Shown here piece after piece: positions 40,774-52,207 of a DNA stretch of 64,000 nucleotides. The stretch is from contig CAXXNF010000001.1 in NCBI GenBank assembly GCA_963666365.2, positions 1,024,001 to 1,088,000 of the forward strand. The letters are read 5' to 3'. This stretch comes from Syntrophales bacterium (GTDB lineage: Bacteria; Desulfobacterota; Syntrophia; Syntrophales; UBA2210). A program made the position numbers and the translations under genes. The stretch's first letter is position 1; each line of letters begins with the position of its first letter. The notes under the pieces were generated by a model. That model ran no database searches. It saw nothing but the letters and a program-made list of their open reading frames with translations, and was not told where the DNA came from.

Positions 40774-42576
40774 TTATTGTTGCCTTCCCATGAGCACCGT
40801 TATTTCCTCACTGCCGATTTTTTCCTTCTCCAAAAGAAGGGCGGCCCCTTTTTCGAGCACTTCCTGCTTTTCCCTGAGAATTTTCAGCGCCCTTTCATAC
40901 TGCCCGGTAATAATTTTTCGTATTTCAGCATCGATGGTCTCCGACGTCTGTTCGCTGTAATCACTCCGCTGGGGCAGGCCGGCATCCAGAAAGGCATTAC
41001 CCTTTTCACTCGCCAGATATACCTGTCCAAGGACGCTGCTCATGCCGTATTCCTTGACCATGCGTTTTGCGATATCCGTAGCCCGGGCAATGTCGTTGTG
41101 GGCACCCGTCGAAATATCCCCGAAGATAACCTCCTCGGCGACACGACCTCCCAGCAGCGTGGCTATTTTGGCGAGAAGCTCTGTTCTGCTCAAGAGAAAT
41201 CGGTCTTCCGTAGGCGCCTGCATGGTATAGCCCAGGGCCGCAATGCCCCTGGGAATAATCGAAATTTTCTGCACCGGATCGGCGCCGGGAAGAGAGAGAG
41301 CCACCAGGGCGTGTCCCATCTCATGGTGGGCCACGATCTCCCGTTCGTGTACATTGATAAGGCGATTTTTCTTTTCAAGCCCGGCAATTACCCGTTCCAC
41401 TGCCTCTTCGAATTCGGCCATGCCCACCGCCTGTTTTCCCCCTCTTACGGCAAGAAGGGCCGCCTCGTTTACCAGATTCGCCAGATCAGCCCCCACCATT
41501 CCCGGCGTCATGCCGGCGAGTCGTTCTATATCGAGATTAGCGTCTGATTTAATGTTCTTGAGATGTACTTTTAGTATTTCTTCCCTGCCTTTTTTGTCGG
41601 GCCGGTCCACCAGCACATGACGATCGAATCTTCCCGGTCGCAGGAGCGCCGGATCCAGAATCTCCGGCCGGTTTGTTGCCGCCATGAGTATAACGCCCAC
41701 CTTGGGATCAAAGCCATCCATTTCAACAAGCAGCTGATTAAGCGTCTGCTCCCGTTCGTCGTGGCCGCCGGTCATACCCACTCCCCGCGCCTTGCCGAGC
41801 GCATCGAGCTCGTCGATAAAAATGATGCAGGGGGCGCGCCCCTTTGCCTGCACAAAGAGGTCCCGCACCCGAGCGGCGCCAAGCCCAACAAACATCTCGA
41901 CAAATTCGGAACCGCTAAGGCTGAAAAAGGGAACGCCGCTTTCGCCGGCTACCGCCTTGGCAAGCAGTGTTTTCCCCGTCCCGGGAGGACCTACCAGAAG
42001 AATCCCCTTGGGAATCTTTCCTCCCAGTGCGGTAAATTTATCCGGCGTTTTCAGAAAATCGATCACCTCCACCAGTTCCTGCTTCGCCTCGTCGACACCA
42101 GCCACATCCTTGAAGGTGACATTCAGTTCGTTTTCCATGTAAATTTTGGCTTTGTTTTTCCCCAGGGTCATAAAACCGGGCTGGCCGCCGGTCATTCGCT
42201 TCATCATGAAATACCAGATGCCGATGAAAATAAGGATGGGGAACACCCAGGACATGAGATTGGCAAGAAAGGTCGATTCCACCTCTCCCTTAAATGTGAC
42301 ATTGTACTTCGCGAGCATCTGCGAAAGTTCCTGATCGACCCTCACCGTTTTGAAGGATTTCAGTTGCTCTCCCGCCGCGTCGGCTTTCATTTTCCCATGG
42401 ATCTCGTTGGCCGAAACGGCTATTTCCACAACCTTCCCTTCTTCAAGCAGCGATAAAAACGTGCTGTAGGGAATCCTTTGAACGGCAAGCATAGAGGCAA
42501 GATAGTTCTGGACTATCAATACCACCCATACTCCCAGCATTACGTACCAGATCGAAAACTTGTGATGCTTTTCCAT
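40774..42576 (-). CDS. ftsH: ATP-dependent zinc metalloprotease FtsH
   Basis: [28 protein letters not shown] zinc motif. Confidence 0.97.
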   Translation of the reverse strand: MEKHHKFSIWYVMLGVWVVLIVQNYLASMLAVQRIPYSTFLSLLEEGKVVEIAVSANEIHGKMKADAAGEQLKSFKTVRVDQELSQMLAKYNVTFKGEVESTFLANLMSWVFPILIFIGIWYFMMKRMTGGQPGFMTLGKNKAKIYMENELNVTFKDVAGVDEAKQELVEVIDFLKTPDKFTALGGKIPKGILLVGPPGTGKTLLAKAVAGESGVPFFSLSGSEFVEMFVGLGAARVRDLFVQAKGRAPCIIFIDELDALGKARGVGMTGGHDEREQTLNQLLVEMDGFDPKVGVILMAATNRPEILDPALLRPGRFDRHVLVDRPDKKGREEILKVHLKNIKSDANLDIERLAGMTPGMVGADLANLVNEAALLAVRGGKQAVGMAEFEEAVERVIAGLEKKNRLINVHEREIVAHHEMGHALVALSLPGADPVQKISIIPRGIAALGYTMQAPTEDRFLLSRTELLAKIATLLGGRVAEEVIFGDISTGAHNDIARATDIAKRMVKEYGMSSVLGQVYLASEKGNAFLDAGLPQRSDYSEQTSETIDAEIRKIITGQYERALKILREKQEVLEKGAALLLEKEKIGSEEITVLMGRQQ

Positions 42577-42849
42577 AATGATTGCTCCCCGTTTATTGAA
42601 TGACGCATTTCACTGCTGGAAAAAACACATGAAAGGTAGCAAGTTGCACAGGCAAACTCAAGTGAAATGTCCGGCACGGAAGAAACAGCCCAATTGCTGT
42701 CTGACTTTCATGGGACCTGATTTTCATTGACAATAGCGGGAAAGCGGGCTATTTTCTTGCCTCAAGTGTCGATCGGGTTCGAGAAAACGCCGGTGGCCTC
42801 AACAGGGCGACAACTGAGACGTAAATAGAGTGCCGAAAGGAGCATGCCT

Positions 42850-42957
42850 ATGGGAAAAGGCGATAAACGCAGCAAAAGAGGAAAAACATTCCGGGGATCT
42901 TTTGGCAAAACCCGCCCCCACAAGAAAAAAGAAAAAGCGAAAGACGCAAAGAAGTAG
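42850..42957 (+). CDS. thx: 30S ribosomal protein Thx (bTHX), 35 aa; not in the ORF track
   Basis: MGKGDKRSKRGKTFRGSFGKTRPHKKKEKAKDAKK matches the GKGDxxxxRGKxxxGxxGxxRP pattern; SD GAAAGGAG 7 nt upstream. Confidence 0.88.
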   Translation: MGKGDKRSKRGKTFRGSFGKTRPHKKKEKAKDAKK

Positions 42958-42960
42958 GGC

Positions 42961-43944
42961 GTGCCTCTTACGATTGAGCGTCTTGTATCGGGCGGTCTGA
43001 TAACCAATTACTACTGCAGTTCGACCTGTCGTCACTGTCTGTACCGGTGCAGTCCCCGCTGGCCCCGAGAATTTATATCCCCCGGGGATGGGGCAGCCGC
43101 ATTTTCCCTGATTAAAAGTCTCGGCTGTGATGCCGTTCACCTCGGCGGCGGCGAGCCTCTTTTGAATCCTGAGGGGGTTCTGTCCTTACTCGATGTCGCC
43201 CGTGAAGCGGACATGACCATCGAATATCTCGAAACCAATTCTTCCTGGTTCAAAGACAGTGACTCCACCCGCAACCTTCTTGAAAAGCTTGCCGCACACG
43301 GTCTTGAAACTCTGCTCATATCGATCAGTCCCTTTCATAACGAATATATTCCGTTATACAAAACAAAAGGGGTGATTCAGGCCTGTCATGAAACGGGACT
43401 GGCCCTCTTCCCCTGGATCGCCGATTTTTATCTCGATCTGGAAAGTTTTGACGAAACAGCCACCCATACCCTGGAAGAGTATGCAGGACACTTCGGTGAT
43501 GAGTACATGGAGAACCTTCCCCACCGCTACGGAATCGTTCCCGGCGGAAGAGCCCTCGAGACATTTCGCCCCTATGTGAAGGAGCAAACCATCGCAGAAC
43601 TGGTGGAGGAAAAACAGAGCGGCTGTCCTGAACTGGCCCAGACCACCCATTTTCACATCGATCTTTACGGCAACTACATACCGGGGATGTGCGCGGGACT
43701 TGCTGTCAGAAAAGAGGATCTCGGCGCCCCTCTTGATCCCGATGCCTATCCCATCATTACCCGCCTCTTCGAAGGGGGCGTTGGCGCACTCCTTTCCTGG
43801 GCCGCCGAGTGGCATGGATTCCGTCCCTCTCACAACACATACGCTACCGAATGCGAACTCTGTTACGAAATACGGCGCTACTTGACAATCGACCAGGCGA
43901 TCGGGTCACCGGAACTCCAGCCCGCCGGTCATTATCGCTTCTAA
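42961..43944 (+). CDS. Radical SAM protein of unknown function
   Basis: CSSTCRHC (CxxxCxxC), GGGEP, ETN, C-terminal CP...C...CELC. Confidence 0.85.
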   Translation: MPLTIERLVSGGLITNYYCSSTCRHCLYRCSPRWPREFISPGDGAAAFSLIKSLGCDAVHLGGGEPLLNPEGVLSLLDVAREADMTIEYLETNSSWFKDSDSTRNLLEKLAAHGLETLLISISPFHNEYIPLYKTKGVIQACHETGLALFPWIADFYLDLESFDETATHTLEEYAGHFGDEYMENLPHRYGIVPGGRALETFRPYVKEQTIAELVEEKQSGCPELAQTTHFHIDLYGNYIPGMCAGLAVRKEDLGAPLDPDAYPIITRLFEGGVGALLSWAAEWHGFRPSHNTYATECELCYEIRRYLTIDQAIGSPELQPAGHYRF

Positions 43945-44186
43945 ACTTGACAGTTGTATACATCTCCCCGGAAAGCGACCTGCTCGATTGGTCTGTACCG
44001 CTTTGATAAACGAAGCATATCAGGAACGTGAAGGGGCCTGAGGATTTTCCTGCAACGATCTTTGACGATATACTGATGTGAAAAAATAATGTATAGGGGA
44101 GTAAAAAAGATTATAGTAAAATATCATGAGAAAAGGGATTTATGCTAGGTCTCATCATATGCCATCGTCCGTGAGAGGGTACTATT

Positions 44187-45011
44187 ATGTGGGATTATAC
44201 GGATAAAGTAAAAGATCACTTTCTTCACCCCCGCAACGTCGGGGACATAGAAAATCCTGACGGGGTCGCCGAAGTCGGGTCTATTGCCTGCGGCGACGCC
44301 TTAAAATTTATGTTCAAACTTGATGAAAACAAACGGATCAAGGAGGCGAAATTCAAGACCTTCGGCTGTGCGAGCGCCATAGCATCTGCGTCCGCCCTGA
44401 CGGAGATGGTAAAGGGAAAAACCCTTGAAGAAGCCGCGAAAATTACCAATCAGGATATTGCCGAATACCTGGGAGGATTGCCGGATGCCAAAATGCATTG
44501 TTCCGTTCTCGGACGGCAGGCTTTGGAAGCCGCTATAGGCAACTATGGAGGAGCTCAGGCAGAAAAGACCGAGGAAAGAATTGTCTGCGAGTGCTTTGGC
44601 GTTACTGATAATGAAATCGAGAGGGCGATAAGAGAGAACAATCTGACTGCCGTGGAAGAAGTGACGAACTACACAAAAGCGGGGGGTGGATGTGGAAGCT
44701 GCCACAAAGACATCCAGGAAATCATCGACCGGGTATGGTCCGAAAAAAAAGAGATCACAAAACCCGAACTCACCAACATCCAGAAAATCAAGCTGATCGA
44801 GGAGACGGTGGATCGTGAAATCAGACCGTCGCTTAAAAAGGACGGGGGAGATATCGAACTGATAGACATTATAGAAAACCGTGTGCTTGTCGCGAAGCGG
44901 GGCGCCTGCGTTGCCTGTCCCGCCTCGCAGCAGACCCTGAAAGGGCTTGTGGAAGCGAAACTTCGTGAATTTGTGCATCCCGATCTGACCGTGGAAGAGG
45001 TGAGCGAATGA
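44187..45011 (+). CDS. nifU: Fe-S cluster scaffold NifU (three-domain)
   Basis: ACGDAL, TFGCASA, KMHCSV, CECF...GCGSC, DGGDIEL...CVAC. Confidence 0.95.
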   Translation: MWDYTDKVKDHFLHPRNVGDIENPDGVAEVGSIACGDALKFMFKLDENKRIKEAKFKTFGCASAIASASALTEMVKGKTLEEAAKITNQDIAEYLGGLPDAKMHCSVLGRQALEAAIGNYGGAQAEKTEERIVCECFGVTDNEIERAIRENNLTAVEEVTNYTKAGGGCGSCHKDIQEIIDRVWSEKKEITKPELTNIQKIKLIEETVDREIRPSLKKDGGDIELIDIIENRVLVAKRGACVACPASQQTLKGLVEAKLREFVHPDLTVEEVSE

Positions 45012-46189
45012 ACACGATCTATCTTGACAATAACGCCACCACAGAGGTTGCTCCCGAGGTGGTGGAGGCCATGATGCCCTCTTTTCATGAGTATTACGGT
45101 AATCCTTCGAGTATGCACTCCTTTGGAGGCCAGGTGGCGAGAAACATAGAGCAGGCACGGGAGCAGGTGGCGGAACTTTTGGGCGCCTCACCCGAAGAAG
45201 TCATTTTTACCAGTTGCGGTACTGAGAGTGATAACGCAGCGATTATGTCGGCTCTTGCCGTCAATCCCGAAAAACGTCATATCGTCACGAGCCGCGTGGA
45301 ACACCCTGCCGTGAGGGGGCTCTGTATGCATTTGGCGAAACAGGGCTATGGCGTCACGGAACTCTCCGTCGACAAGGATGGTCTTCTCGATATGGAACGT
45401 TATCGGAAAAGTCTTTCAAAAGATACGGCCATCGTCAGTCTCATGTGGGCTAACAACGAGACAGGTGTTCTTTTTCCGGTGATCGAAGCGGCCGAGATGG
45501 CCCGTGAACGGGGAATACTTTTTCATACCGACGCCGTGCAGGCGGTGGGAAAGATTCCGATTAACGTGAACAACACCGCCATCGATATGCTTTCGCTTTC
45601 GGGACACAAACTCCACGCTCCCAAGGGGATCGGCGTGCTGTACCTTCGCAAGGGGACGAAGTTTTCCCCTTTTCTGATCGGCGGGCACCAGGAGCACGGA
45701 CGCAGAGGGGGGACGGAAAATACGCCGAGTATTATCGGTCTGGGAAAGGCCAGTGAACTGGCAATGAAGAATTTGGAAATTGAAAAAACCTTTGTCCGTG
45801 GATTGAGGGATAAGCTCGAGCACGAGATCACCACTCGGATTCCTCATTCTAAAGTGAACGGCCACAAAAAGCGGCGTCTTCCCAACACGACAAACATAAG
45901 TTTCGAATTCGTGGAAGGTGAAGGAATTCTGCTCATGATGAACGAATACGGTATCTGCGCCTCTTCCGGTTCCGCCTGTACTTCCGGCTCTCTTCAGCCG
46001 TCACACGTCATGAGGGCCATGGGAGTTCCGTTCACCATGGCCCACGGCTCCATCCGATTCAGTTTGAGTATTTACAACAGGGAAGAAGAGATCGACTTTG
46101 TCGTCGAAAAGATCGTGCCGATCATAGAAACCCTGCGTAAGATGTCGCCATACTGGGATGAGACCGAACATGTCTATTCCATTCAATAG
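45008..46189 (+). CDS. nifS: Cysteine desulfurase NifS
   Basis: YLDNNATT, GNPSSMH, SGHKLH, SSGSACTS. Confidence 0.96.
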   Translation: MNTIYLDNNATTEVAPEVVEAMMPSFHEYYGNPSSMHSFGGQVARNIEQAREQVAELLGASPEEVIFTSCGTESDNAAIMSALAVNPEKRHIVTSRVEHPAVRGLCMHLAKQGYGVTELSVDKDGLLDMERYRKSLSKDTAIVSLMWANNETGVLFPVIEAAEMARERGILFHTDAVQAVGKIPINVNNTAIDMLSLSGHKLHAPKGIGVLYLRKGTKFSPFLIGGHQEHGRRGGTENTPSIIGLGKASELAMKNLEIEKTFVRGLRDKLEHEITTRIPHSKVNGHKKRRLPNTTNISFEFVEGEGILLMMNEYGICASSGSACTSGSLQPSHVMRAMGVPFTMAHGSIRFSLSIYNREEEIDFVVEKIVPIIETLRKMSPYWDETEHVYSIQ

Positions 46190-46246
46190 GTCTTGAATGA
46201 GCGTTCTATTTTTACTTATTCCACGAGCGTGAAAAGGGGGGATACA

Positions 46247-47203
46247 ATGGACAGGCCGTCGATTGAAGATCGATGCCGAAAGGAAGTCGCCGATAGTTTC
46301 CGCATACGGGAGGAGCTGCCGGAGGTCGTGCGCGACCTGGTGAAAACCTGCCGCCTCGAAGGCTGCTTCGATCACGTCGATCCCGAATCGATTTCATCAC
46401 GGGACACTATTGTCGATATCGTCAACCGCACCTACCGGATTCTTTATCCCGGCTATTTCACCCGTCGGCGCATTGACCGAGTCAACCTTGAATTTTACTA
46501 TGGACAGAAGATAACGGAACTCTTTGAATTGATGGCCGAGCAGATAACTCGTGCAATCCGGCACGATTGCCTGCGCTATACCCTCCCCTGCACGAATTGT
46601 CAGGACCGGGGGCACTATGAAGCGCTGGCGTTTTTGAAAAGTCTTCCCCGTCTGAGGGTAATTCTGGGTATGGATGTACGGGCTACCTGGGAAGGAGATC
46701 CGGCGGCAAAAAGTCATGACGAAATCATCGTAAGCTATCCCGGACTCTTCGCGATCACCGTATATCGCGTGGCTCATCAGCTTCAGGAACAGAGCATTCC
46801 CCTGATTCCCCGCATCATGGCCGAACATGCGCACAGCCTGACCGGAATCGATATTCATCCGGGCGCCGAAATCGGCGAAAGTTTTTTTATCGACCACGGA
46901 ACGGGAGTGGTGATCGGCGAAACCACGAAAATCGGGAATCGGGTCAGGATCTATCAAGGAGTGACGCTAGGGGCGCTTTCTCTCAAAAAAAACGAGGTAG
47001 TACAGCTGAGAGGAAAAAAACGACACCCCACAATTGAAGATGATGTCATTATCTACGCAGGGGCAACCATTCTGGGAGGTGACACCGTGATCGGTGCACG
47101 GTCGATTGTCGGAGGTAATGTATGGGTTACCGAGTCGGTGCCGTCGGATACGGAGGTATTCGCCGGAAAACCGGAGCTTATCTTCAAGAGGGGCACCGGT
47201 TAA
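46247..47203 (+). CDS. cysE: Serine O-acetyltransferase (long EpsC-type)
   Basis: GDPAA, TGIDIHPGA, IDHGTGVVIGET, KRHPT. Confidence 0.93.
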   Translation: MDRPSIEDRCRKEVADSFRIREELPEVVRDLVKTCRLEGCFDHVDPESISSRDTIVDIVNRTYRILYPGYFTRRRIDRVNLEFYYGQKITELFELMAEQITRAIRHDCLRYTLPCTNCQDRGHYEALAFLKSLPRLRVILGMDVRATWEGDPAAKSHDEIIVSYPGLFAITVYRVAHQLQEQSIPLIPRIMAEHAHSLTGIDIHPGAEIGESFFIDHGTGVVIGETTKIGNRVRIYQGVTLGALSLKKNEVVQLRGKKRHPTIEDDVIIYAGATILGGDTVIGARSIVGGNVWVTESVPSDTEVFAGKPELIFKRGTG

Positions 47204-47365
47204 CCCGGAGCATCGGAGACATATTCCGGAAACTGAAAAACGTTCTGTCCTCCATACCGCTATGGATGGTCCGGATGCCGATAAACGCGAATGTACGGGG
47301 GCACACGCTACGCTACTATCAACGTCCCCCGCATGATCGTTTTACAAAGAGAAAGGAGGGATTTC

Positions 47366-48295
47366 ATGGCCCGCTATTATTCCCATGTTATGAGCACCAT
47401 TGGAAGGACGCCTCTTGTCAGACTCAACCGCATTGCAGAGGGGACAGAGGCCACACTTCTCGCCAAACTGGAATTCAGAAATCCTCTGGGAAGTCTGAAA
47501 GACCGCATCGGCGCGGCCATGATCGAGCAGGCGGAGCGTGAGGGATTAATCGACAAAGAGACTCTCATCGTGGAACCGACCAGCGGGAATACCGGCATCG
47601 CCCTGGCTTTTGTGACAGCCGTCAAAGGGTATCGCCTGATGCTGACCATGCCCGAATCAATGAGTCTGGAACGACAGAAAATTCTGAGATATCTGGGGGC
47701 TGAATTGACCCTTACCGTTGCCGAGAAAGGAATGGGGGGCGCCATCGAAAAGGCCCACAAGATATTGGAAAGCCGCACCAACACCTTTATGCCCAATCAA
47801 TTTGCAAATCCCGCAAACCCCGAGATCCACCGGAGAACCACGGCGGAAGAAATCTGGCATGATACGGAAGGCCAGGTGGATATACTCATCGCCGGTGTAG
47901 GAACGGGAGGCACCATTACGGGAGTAGCCGAAGTGCTGAAGGCGCGAAAGCCCTCATTTAAAGCCGTTGCAGTCGAACCCGCTGATTCAGCGGTCATCTC
48001 AGGCGGAACACCGGGCCCTCACTCCATTCAGGGTATAGGCGCCGGCTTTATTCCGGATAACTTGAATGTACGGGTTATCGACGAAATCGTAACCGTGACA
48101 AATGAAGAGGCATTCGATACGGCACGGGCCCTCGCAAAAATGGAAGGCCTGTCCTGCGGCATCTCCTCCGGAGCGGTTGTGGCTGCGGCGCTTAAGGTCG
48201 CCCGGCATCCGGGCAGCAAGGGCACACAAATCGTCACGATCCTCGCAAGCCATGGAGAGAGGTATCTCAGCACACCGCTCTTCGAATCGCGCTAG
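47366..48295 (+). CDS. cysK: Cysteine synthase A
   Basis: [32 protein letters not shown]. Confidence 0.95.
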   Translation: MARYYSHVMSTIGRTPLVRLNRIAEGTEATLLAKLEFRNPLGSLKDRIGAAMIEQAEREGLIDKETLIVEPTSGNTGIALAFVTAVKGYRLMLTMPESMSLERQKILRYLGAELTLTVAEKGMGGAIEKAHKILESRTNTFMPNQFANPANPEIHRRTTAEEIWHDTEGQVDILIAGVGTGGTITGVAEVLKARKPSFKAVAVEPADSAVISGGTPGPHSIQGIGAGFIPDNLNVRVIDEIVTVTNEEAFDTARALAKMEGLSCGISSGAVVAAALKVARHPGSKGTQIVTILASHGERYLSTPLFESR

Positions 48296-48735
48296 GGCCT
48301 CAGAAGCTTAAACCCCGTTTCCTGATCATGCAGGCGACGCGCCGTTGAGTCCTTCAGTTCGAAAAGCACCGCCTCCATTACCTGCCATACCCGCACGCCG
48401 TTGCGCACGCACCCTGTCACGGTGGCGGTTTCCCTGCCGCAGGCAATGTGCATATGAAGTACGGGGTTTCCCTCGTCATCAGGGAAAATTGTGCCCGTTC
48501 CCACGATTTCCGACACCTCTGCGAGCACTGTTTCCAGGGGAACGATTACTGCCGCCCGTCCGTCTTCGGGACCGACCACGAGCCGGCTCCCTTCATCGGC
48601 GCCCCCCAGAATGATAAGCGCCGCCGCCCCGATGTCTTCTGCCCGGGCGAGCTTCTCGATTTCTTCATGAACAATGTCGCCATCTTCAAGACGAATGACA
48701 AAAATTCTTCCCTGACGTGCCTGTGAATACCGCAT
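48292..48735 (-). CDS. PPC/DUF296 domain protein
   Basis: IRLEDG, LHMH, TGCV. Confidence 0.82.
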   Translation of the reverse strand: MRYSQARQGRIFVIRLEDGDIVHEEIEKLARAEDIGAAALIILGGADEGSRLVVGPEDGRAAVIVPLETVLAEVSEIVGTGTIFPDDEGNPVLHMHIACGRETATVTGCVRNGVRVWQVMEAVLFELKDSTARRLHDQETGFKLLRP

Positions 48736-48993
48736 TCGTTTTTCCTCCCCTGTCTCTCTACGGCGTCGCCGATGTTGCAATCATAGTACAGTGAAAGCAT
48801 CTCTGCCGCAACAACATGATTGAGTATCCTGCATAGTGATGTCTTTTTTTCTGTTTATTCTGCCCGGATATGGTGGTATGATGCGCGCCGATACAGATAG
48901 AGGGTCGTCAATCATTGTGTATCTTGCAAGGGGGTCGCTGCCTCCGAAGAAAGGTACGCACTGAAGGACTCTTTTTCAATCCCCAAAGGAGGA

Positions 48994-49983
48994 ATGATGA
49001 TGACATATCGAAGTGAAGGGCTGCGGCGGTGCCTGATGGCGTTAGTATTTCTGGTAGTGGCGGCGGGTCCAGCCCTGGGAGGCGCTTCAGGCGACAAGAC
49101 GGATCCGATAGCCCTCGTTAACGGCCAGGCGATTTTACGAAGCACCTTCGATGACGAAGTGAAAAAAATGGAGGCCCAATCCGCTCAGCAGGGCAGACCG
49201 CTTTCCGCTGATCAGGTTGCCGCTATGAAGAAAGACACCCTTGAGCGGCTCATAAACATAGAACTGCTCTGGCAGGAAAGCCAGAAACAGAAAATATCCA
49301 TTAATGAAAATGATGTAGCCGAAGAAATCGGCAAACTGAAACAGCGGTTCCCCGATGAAAAGGCCTTTACGGAGGCAATAACGAATATGGGGATGACTGA
49401 AGCGGAACTGAAGGAACGAATCGAAAAGAGCATGGCGATTCAAGGACTTATCGATCAGGCGGTGACACAGAAGATTATCGTCTCCGATCAGGAAATAAAG
49501 GATTTCTACGACAAAAACCCCTCGTATTTCAAGGAAGAAGCGCAGGTGCGGGCAAGCCATATCTTGATCAAAGTCGAAGACAAGGCGACCGATGCCGAAA
49601 AGGCGCAGGCGAGAAAGAAAATAAAAGAAATCCAGGAAAAACTGAAACAGGGTGAAGGCTTTGAAAAGCTTGCCAAAGAGAATTCTCAGTGTCCCAGCGG
49701 AAAAAATGGCGGGGATCTGGATTTCTTTGGACGGGGCCGCATGGTCGAGGCCTTTGAAAATGCCGCCTTTGCCTTGAAAAAGGGGGAAATCAGCGACATA
49801 GTGGAAACCCCCTTCGGATATCATCTGATCAAGGTAACGGACACGAAGGACGCGCGAACCGTCGATCTTAAAGAGGCCAGGGAAAAGATTGCCGGTTATC
49901 TGAAACAGCAGAAAACCGAAAAGGATGTAAACACATATATCGAAAAGCTCCACAGTGAATCGAAAATAGAAAATTTTCTTTAG
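48994..49983 (+). CDS. Parvulin-type peptidylprolyl isomerase (SurA/PrsA-like)
   Basis: Signal peptide, SurA-N-like region, VRASHIL, GGDL.FF, ETPFGYHLI. Confidence 0.92.
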   Translation: MMMTYRSEGLRRCLMALVFLVVAAGPALGGASGDKTDPIALVNGQAILRSTFDDEVKKMEAQSAQQGRPLSADQVAAMKKDTLERLINIELLWQESQKQKISINENDVAEEIGKLKQRFPDEKAFTEAITNMGMTEAELKERIEKSMAIQGLIDQAVTQKIIVSDQEIKDFYDKNPSYFKEEAQVRASHILIKVEDKATDAEKAQARKKIKEIQEKLKQGEGFEKLAKENSQCPSGKNGGDLDFFGRGRMVEAFENAAFALKKGEISDIVETPFGYHLIKVTDTKDARTVDLKEAREKIAGYLKQQKTEKDVNTYIEKLHSESKIENFL

Positions 49984-50015
49984 AAGAGAGATCGTCTGAC
50001 CATGAAGCGCGATCT

Positions 50016-51611
50016 TCAGGCGGCACTGTTGCCGAAGAAGCGAAGAATCCTGTCGAAGAGGGATCGCCGCTTTTCGTGACCGCTCATTGAAGAAGGCTTT
50101 GGTGCGGCATCGGGAGATGCCGCCTCCATCCCCCCTGATTCGCGGGGACTCACTTCGTGAGACATTTCGAAAGTTTCGCCGTATTTGGACTGGTAATAGG
50201 CGAGCCGTTCTTCCCTAGACCCATTGAGGGGGGCAACCTGTTTCGGTGATCCTTTTACTGAAGGACGCCGTGTGCGGGTTTTCGTGGAAGGAGTCGTCCC
50301 CTCCTTTATCGCGTGTGTTTCAACGGACGCCGCCTCTTTGCGGGGTCTCTTTCTGCGAACTTTTTCTTTCGATTCCGTTGTGGCGACCTTTGTTTTCCGC
50401 CCCTTTCCTCTTTCATTACGCTCTGAATACTTCTTGTCTTTGTCATCCAGTCTGAATCGCATGCCGGCGGCAGCGTCGGCTTCGAAGAGGGTGTCGTCAG
50501 GCCAGATGACGGGGATCTTCATCCCGATGTAATCCTCGATCGCTTCTAAACCATAGACATATTTTTCGCAGGCAAGAGACAGGGCTTTCCCTGTTTTACC
50601 GGCTCGGGCCGTGCGGCCGATACGGTGTACATAATTTTCACAGTCCTGGGGAATGTCATAATTAATGACAAGTTCAAGATCATCCACATGCAACCCCCGG
50701 GCCGCCACATCGGTTGCAGCCAGGAACCGAATTTTCCCTGATTTTAAACCCTTGATAATTTTCTCCCTCTGCCGCTGGGGCAAATCGCCGATCAGGTATT
50801 CGCAGGGATATCCGTTCCGCTCAAGACGCTGCGACAGCGCATAGGCTTCGTGTTTCGTATTCGTGAAAATAAGTGCGTTTCTGGGATCGACCCTTTTCAT
50901 CAGGCCAAGAAGGAGGCGTATTTTTTCATGGACGCCCACATGGTACAGCTCCTGTGTAATTTCTTCCACCACCTTCTGGTCCGGCGTGACGGCGATTTCC
51001 GCCGGATCGTTCATATGTTCCCAGGCAAGATCCCGCGCAACGGCGTCAAGCGTCGCACTGAACAGCATGGTAATCCGCTGGTCCGACGGGGGCATTTTTT
51101 TCAGCATCTTTCTCAAATCGGGAAGGAATCCCATATCGAACAGTCGGTCGGCCTCATCAATGACCAGAATGCCCCGCTCCCGAAAGTTCAATTTTCCCGA
51201 TCTGCCAAAATCCAGAAGTCGTCCCGGCGTACCGATAATGATGTCGGCATCCTGCTCAAGAAGCTCCTCCTGCTTGGCATATCCGACACCTCCGTATATG
51301 CTGCCAACGGAGTAGGGCAGATGACCTCCAAGAATGTTCGCTTCCTTTTCTATCTGAACGGCCAGTTCCCGCGTGGGGACGATTATCAATGCTTTTTTTC
51401 CGACCCCCGAAGCGTCATCCGAAAAAAGCTTGTAAATAGTAATGAGGAAGGCGGCCGTTTTCCCGGTACCCGTTTGAGATTGTACCGTAACGTCTCTCCC
51501 CTTGAGGGTTTCTGAAAAGGTCAACTCCTGTACCGCCGTGCATTCAACAAAGCCGGCATCCCGAATTCCTTCCAAAATCGCTTCACTTACATCTAGTTCG
51601 TTAAAATTCAC
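50016..51611 (-). CDS. DEAD-box RNA helicase (RhlB-like)
   Basis: QTGTGKT, PTRELA, DEAD, SAT, HRIGRTAR; basic C-terminal tail. Confidence 0.95.
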   Translation of the reverse strand: MNFNELDVSEAILEGIRDAGFVECTAVQELTFSETLKGRDVTVQSQTGTGKTAAFLITIYKLFSDDASGVGKKALIIVPTRELAVQIEKEANILGGHLPYSVGSIYGGVGYAKQEELLEQDADIIIGTPGRLLDFGRSGKLNFRERGILVIDEADRLFDMGFLPDLRKMLKKMPPSDQRITMLFSATLDAVARDLAWEHMNDPAEIAVTPDQKVVEEITQELYHVGVHEKIRLLLGLMKRVDPRNALIFTNTKHEAYALSQRLERNGYPCEYLIGDLPQRQREKIIKGLKSGKIRFLAATDVAARGLHVDDLELVINYDIPQDCENYVHRIGRTARAGKTGKALSLACEKYVYGLEAIEDYIGMKIPVIWPDDTLFEADAAAGMRFRLDDKDKKYSERNERGKGRKTKVATTESKEKVRRKRPRKEAASVETHAIKEGTTPSTKTRTRRPSVKGSPKQVAPLNGSREERLAYYQSKYGETFEMSHEVSPRESGGMEAASPDAAPKPSSMSGHEKRRSLFDRILRFFGNSAA

Positions 51612-51979
51612 CGTAGTTTTATATTCTCTTTTCTCTCTGATTTATAACGCATACTGTCTACTGCATGGGGGGCGGGGGCTGGCAGCATATATGAGCGCTT
51701 TCTTTGCATCTGAGCGCCGCTTATACCACAACTACTGAATAATGCAAGCGCTTTATATGCATCGTCCGATTCTCTTCCAGTAGATCCCTGGGAAACCTTG
51801 TGCGGCGCCCTGCTTTTTTTCTAAAGATTAAATTCCTTCTGTCCGAATATATCTCTGCGGCGCCTGCAGGCGCCGTCGGGAGATTTTACATTTTCATTCG
51901 GTTCGGGCAGACAGGCGCCTCATCCTGTCTACATCAGGTACAAAGGTTACGCGATCATCATAGTGCAATGGAGGATTAT

Positions 51980-52180
51980 ATGGCAGGGAAAATAAAAAAA
52001 ATGCTCGATGAAATCATTGAAAAAAAATCGGGGGGGCATCCGACTCTGATGAGTACCACAAAAACCAAGCTGATTTTAAAGGGACTCAATCCGGACAAAT
52101 ACAGTGCTCAATCGGCAGATGACCCCGTCGTGATAGAGAAAGTCCTTATGGCGGCGCGAGAAATGGGTGTAAAATTTTAA
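51980..52180 (+). CDS. Small hypothetical protein (66 aa) upstream of the FIST gene
   Basis: SD GGAGG; MAGKIKKMLDEII...TKTKLILKGLNPDKY...; co-oriented with the FIST gene. Confidence 0.75.
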   Translation: MAGKIKKMLDEIIEKKSGGHPTLMSTTKTKLILKGLNPDKYSAQSADDPVVIEKVLMAAREMGVKF

Positions 52181-52207
52181 ATGGACACAACAGGGAGGAG
52201 AAATCAT

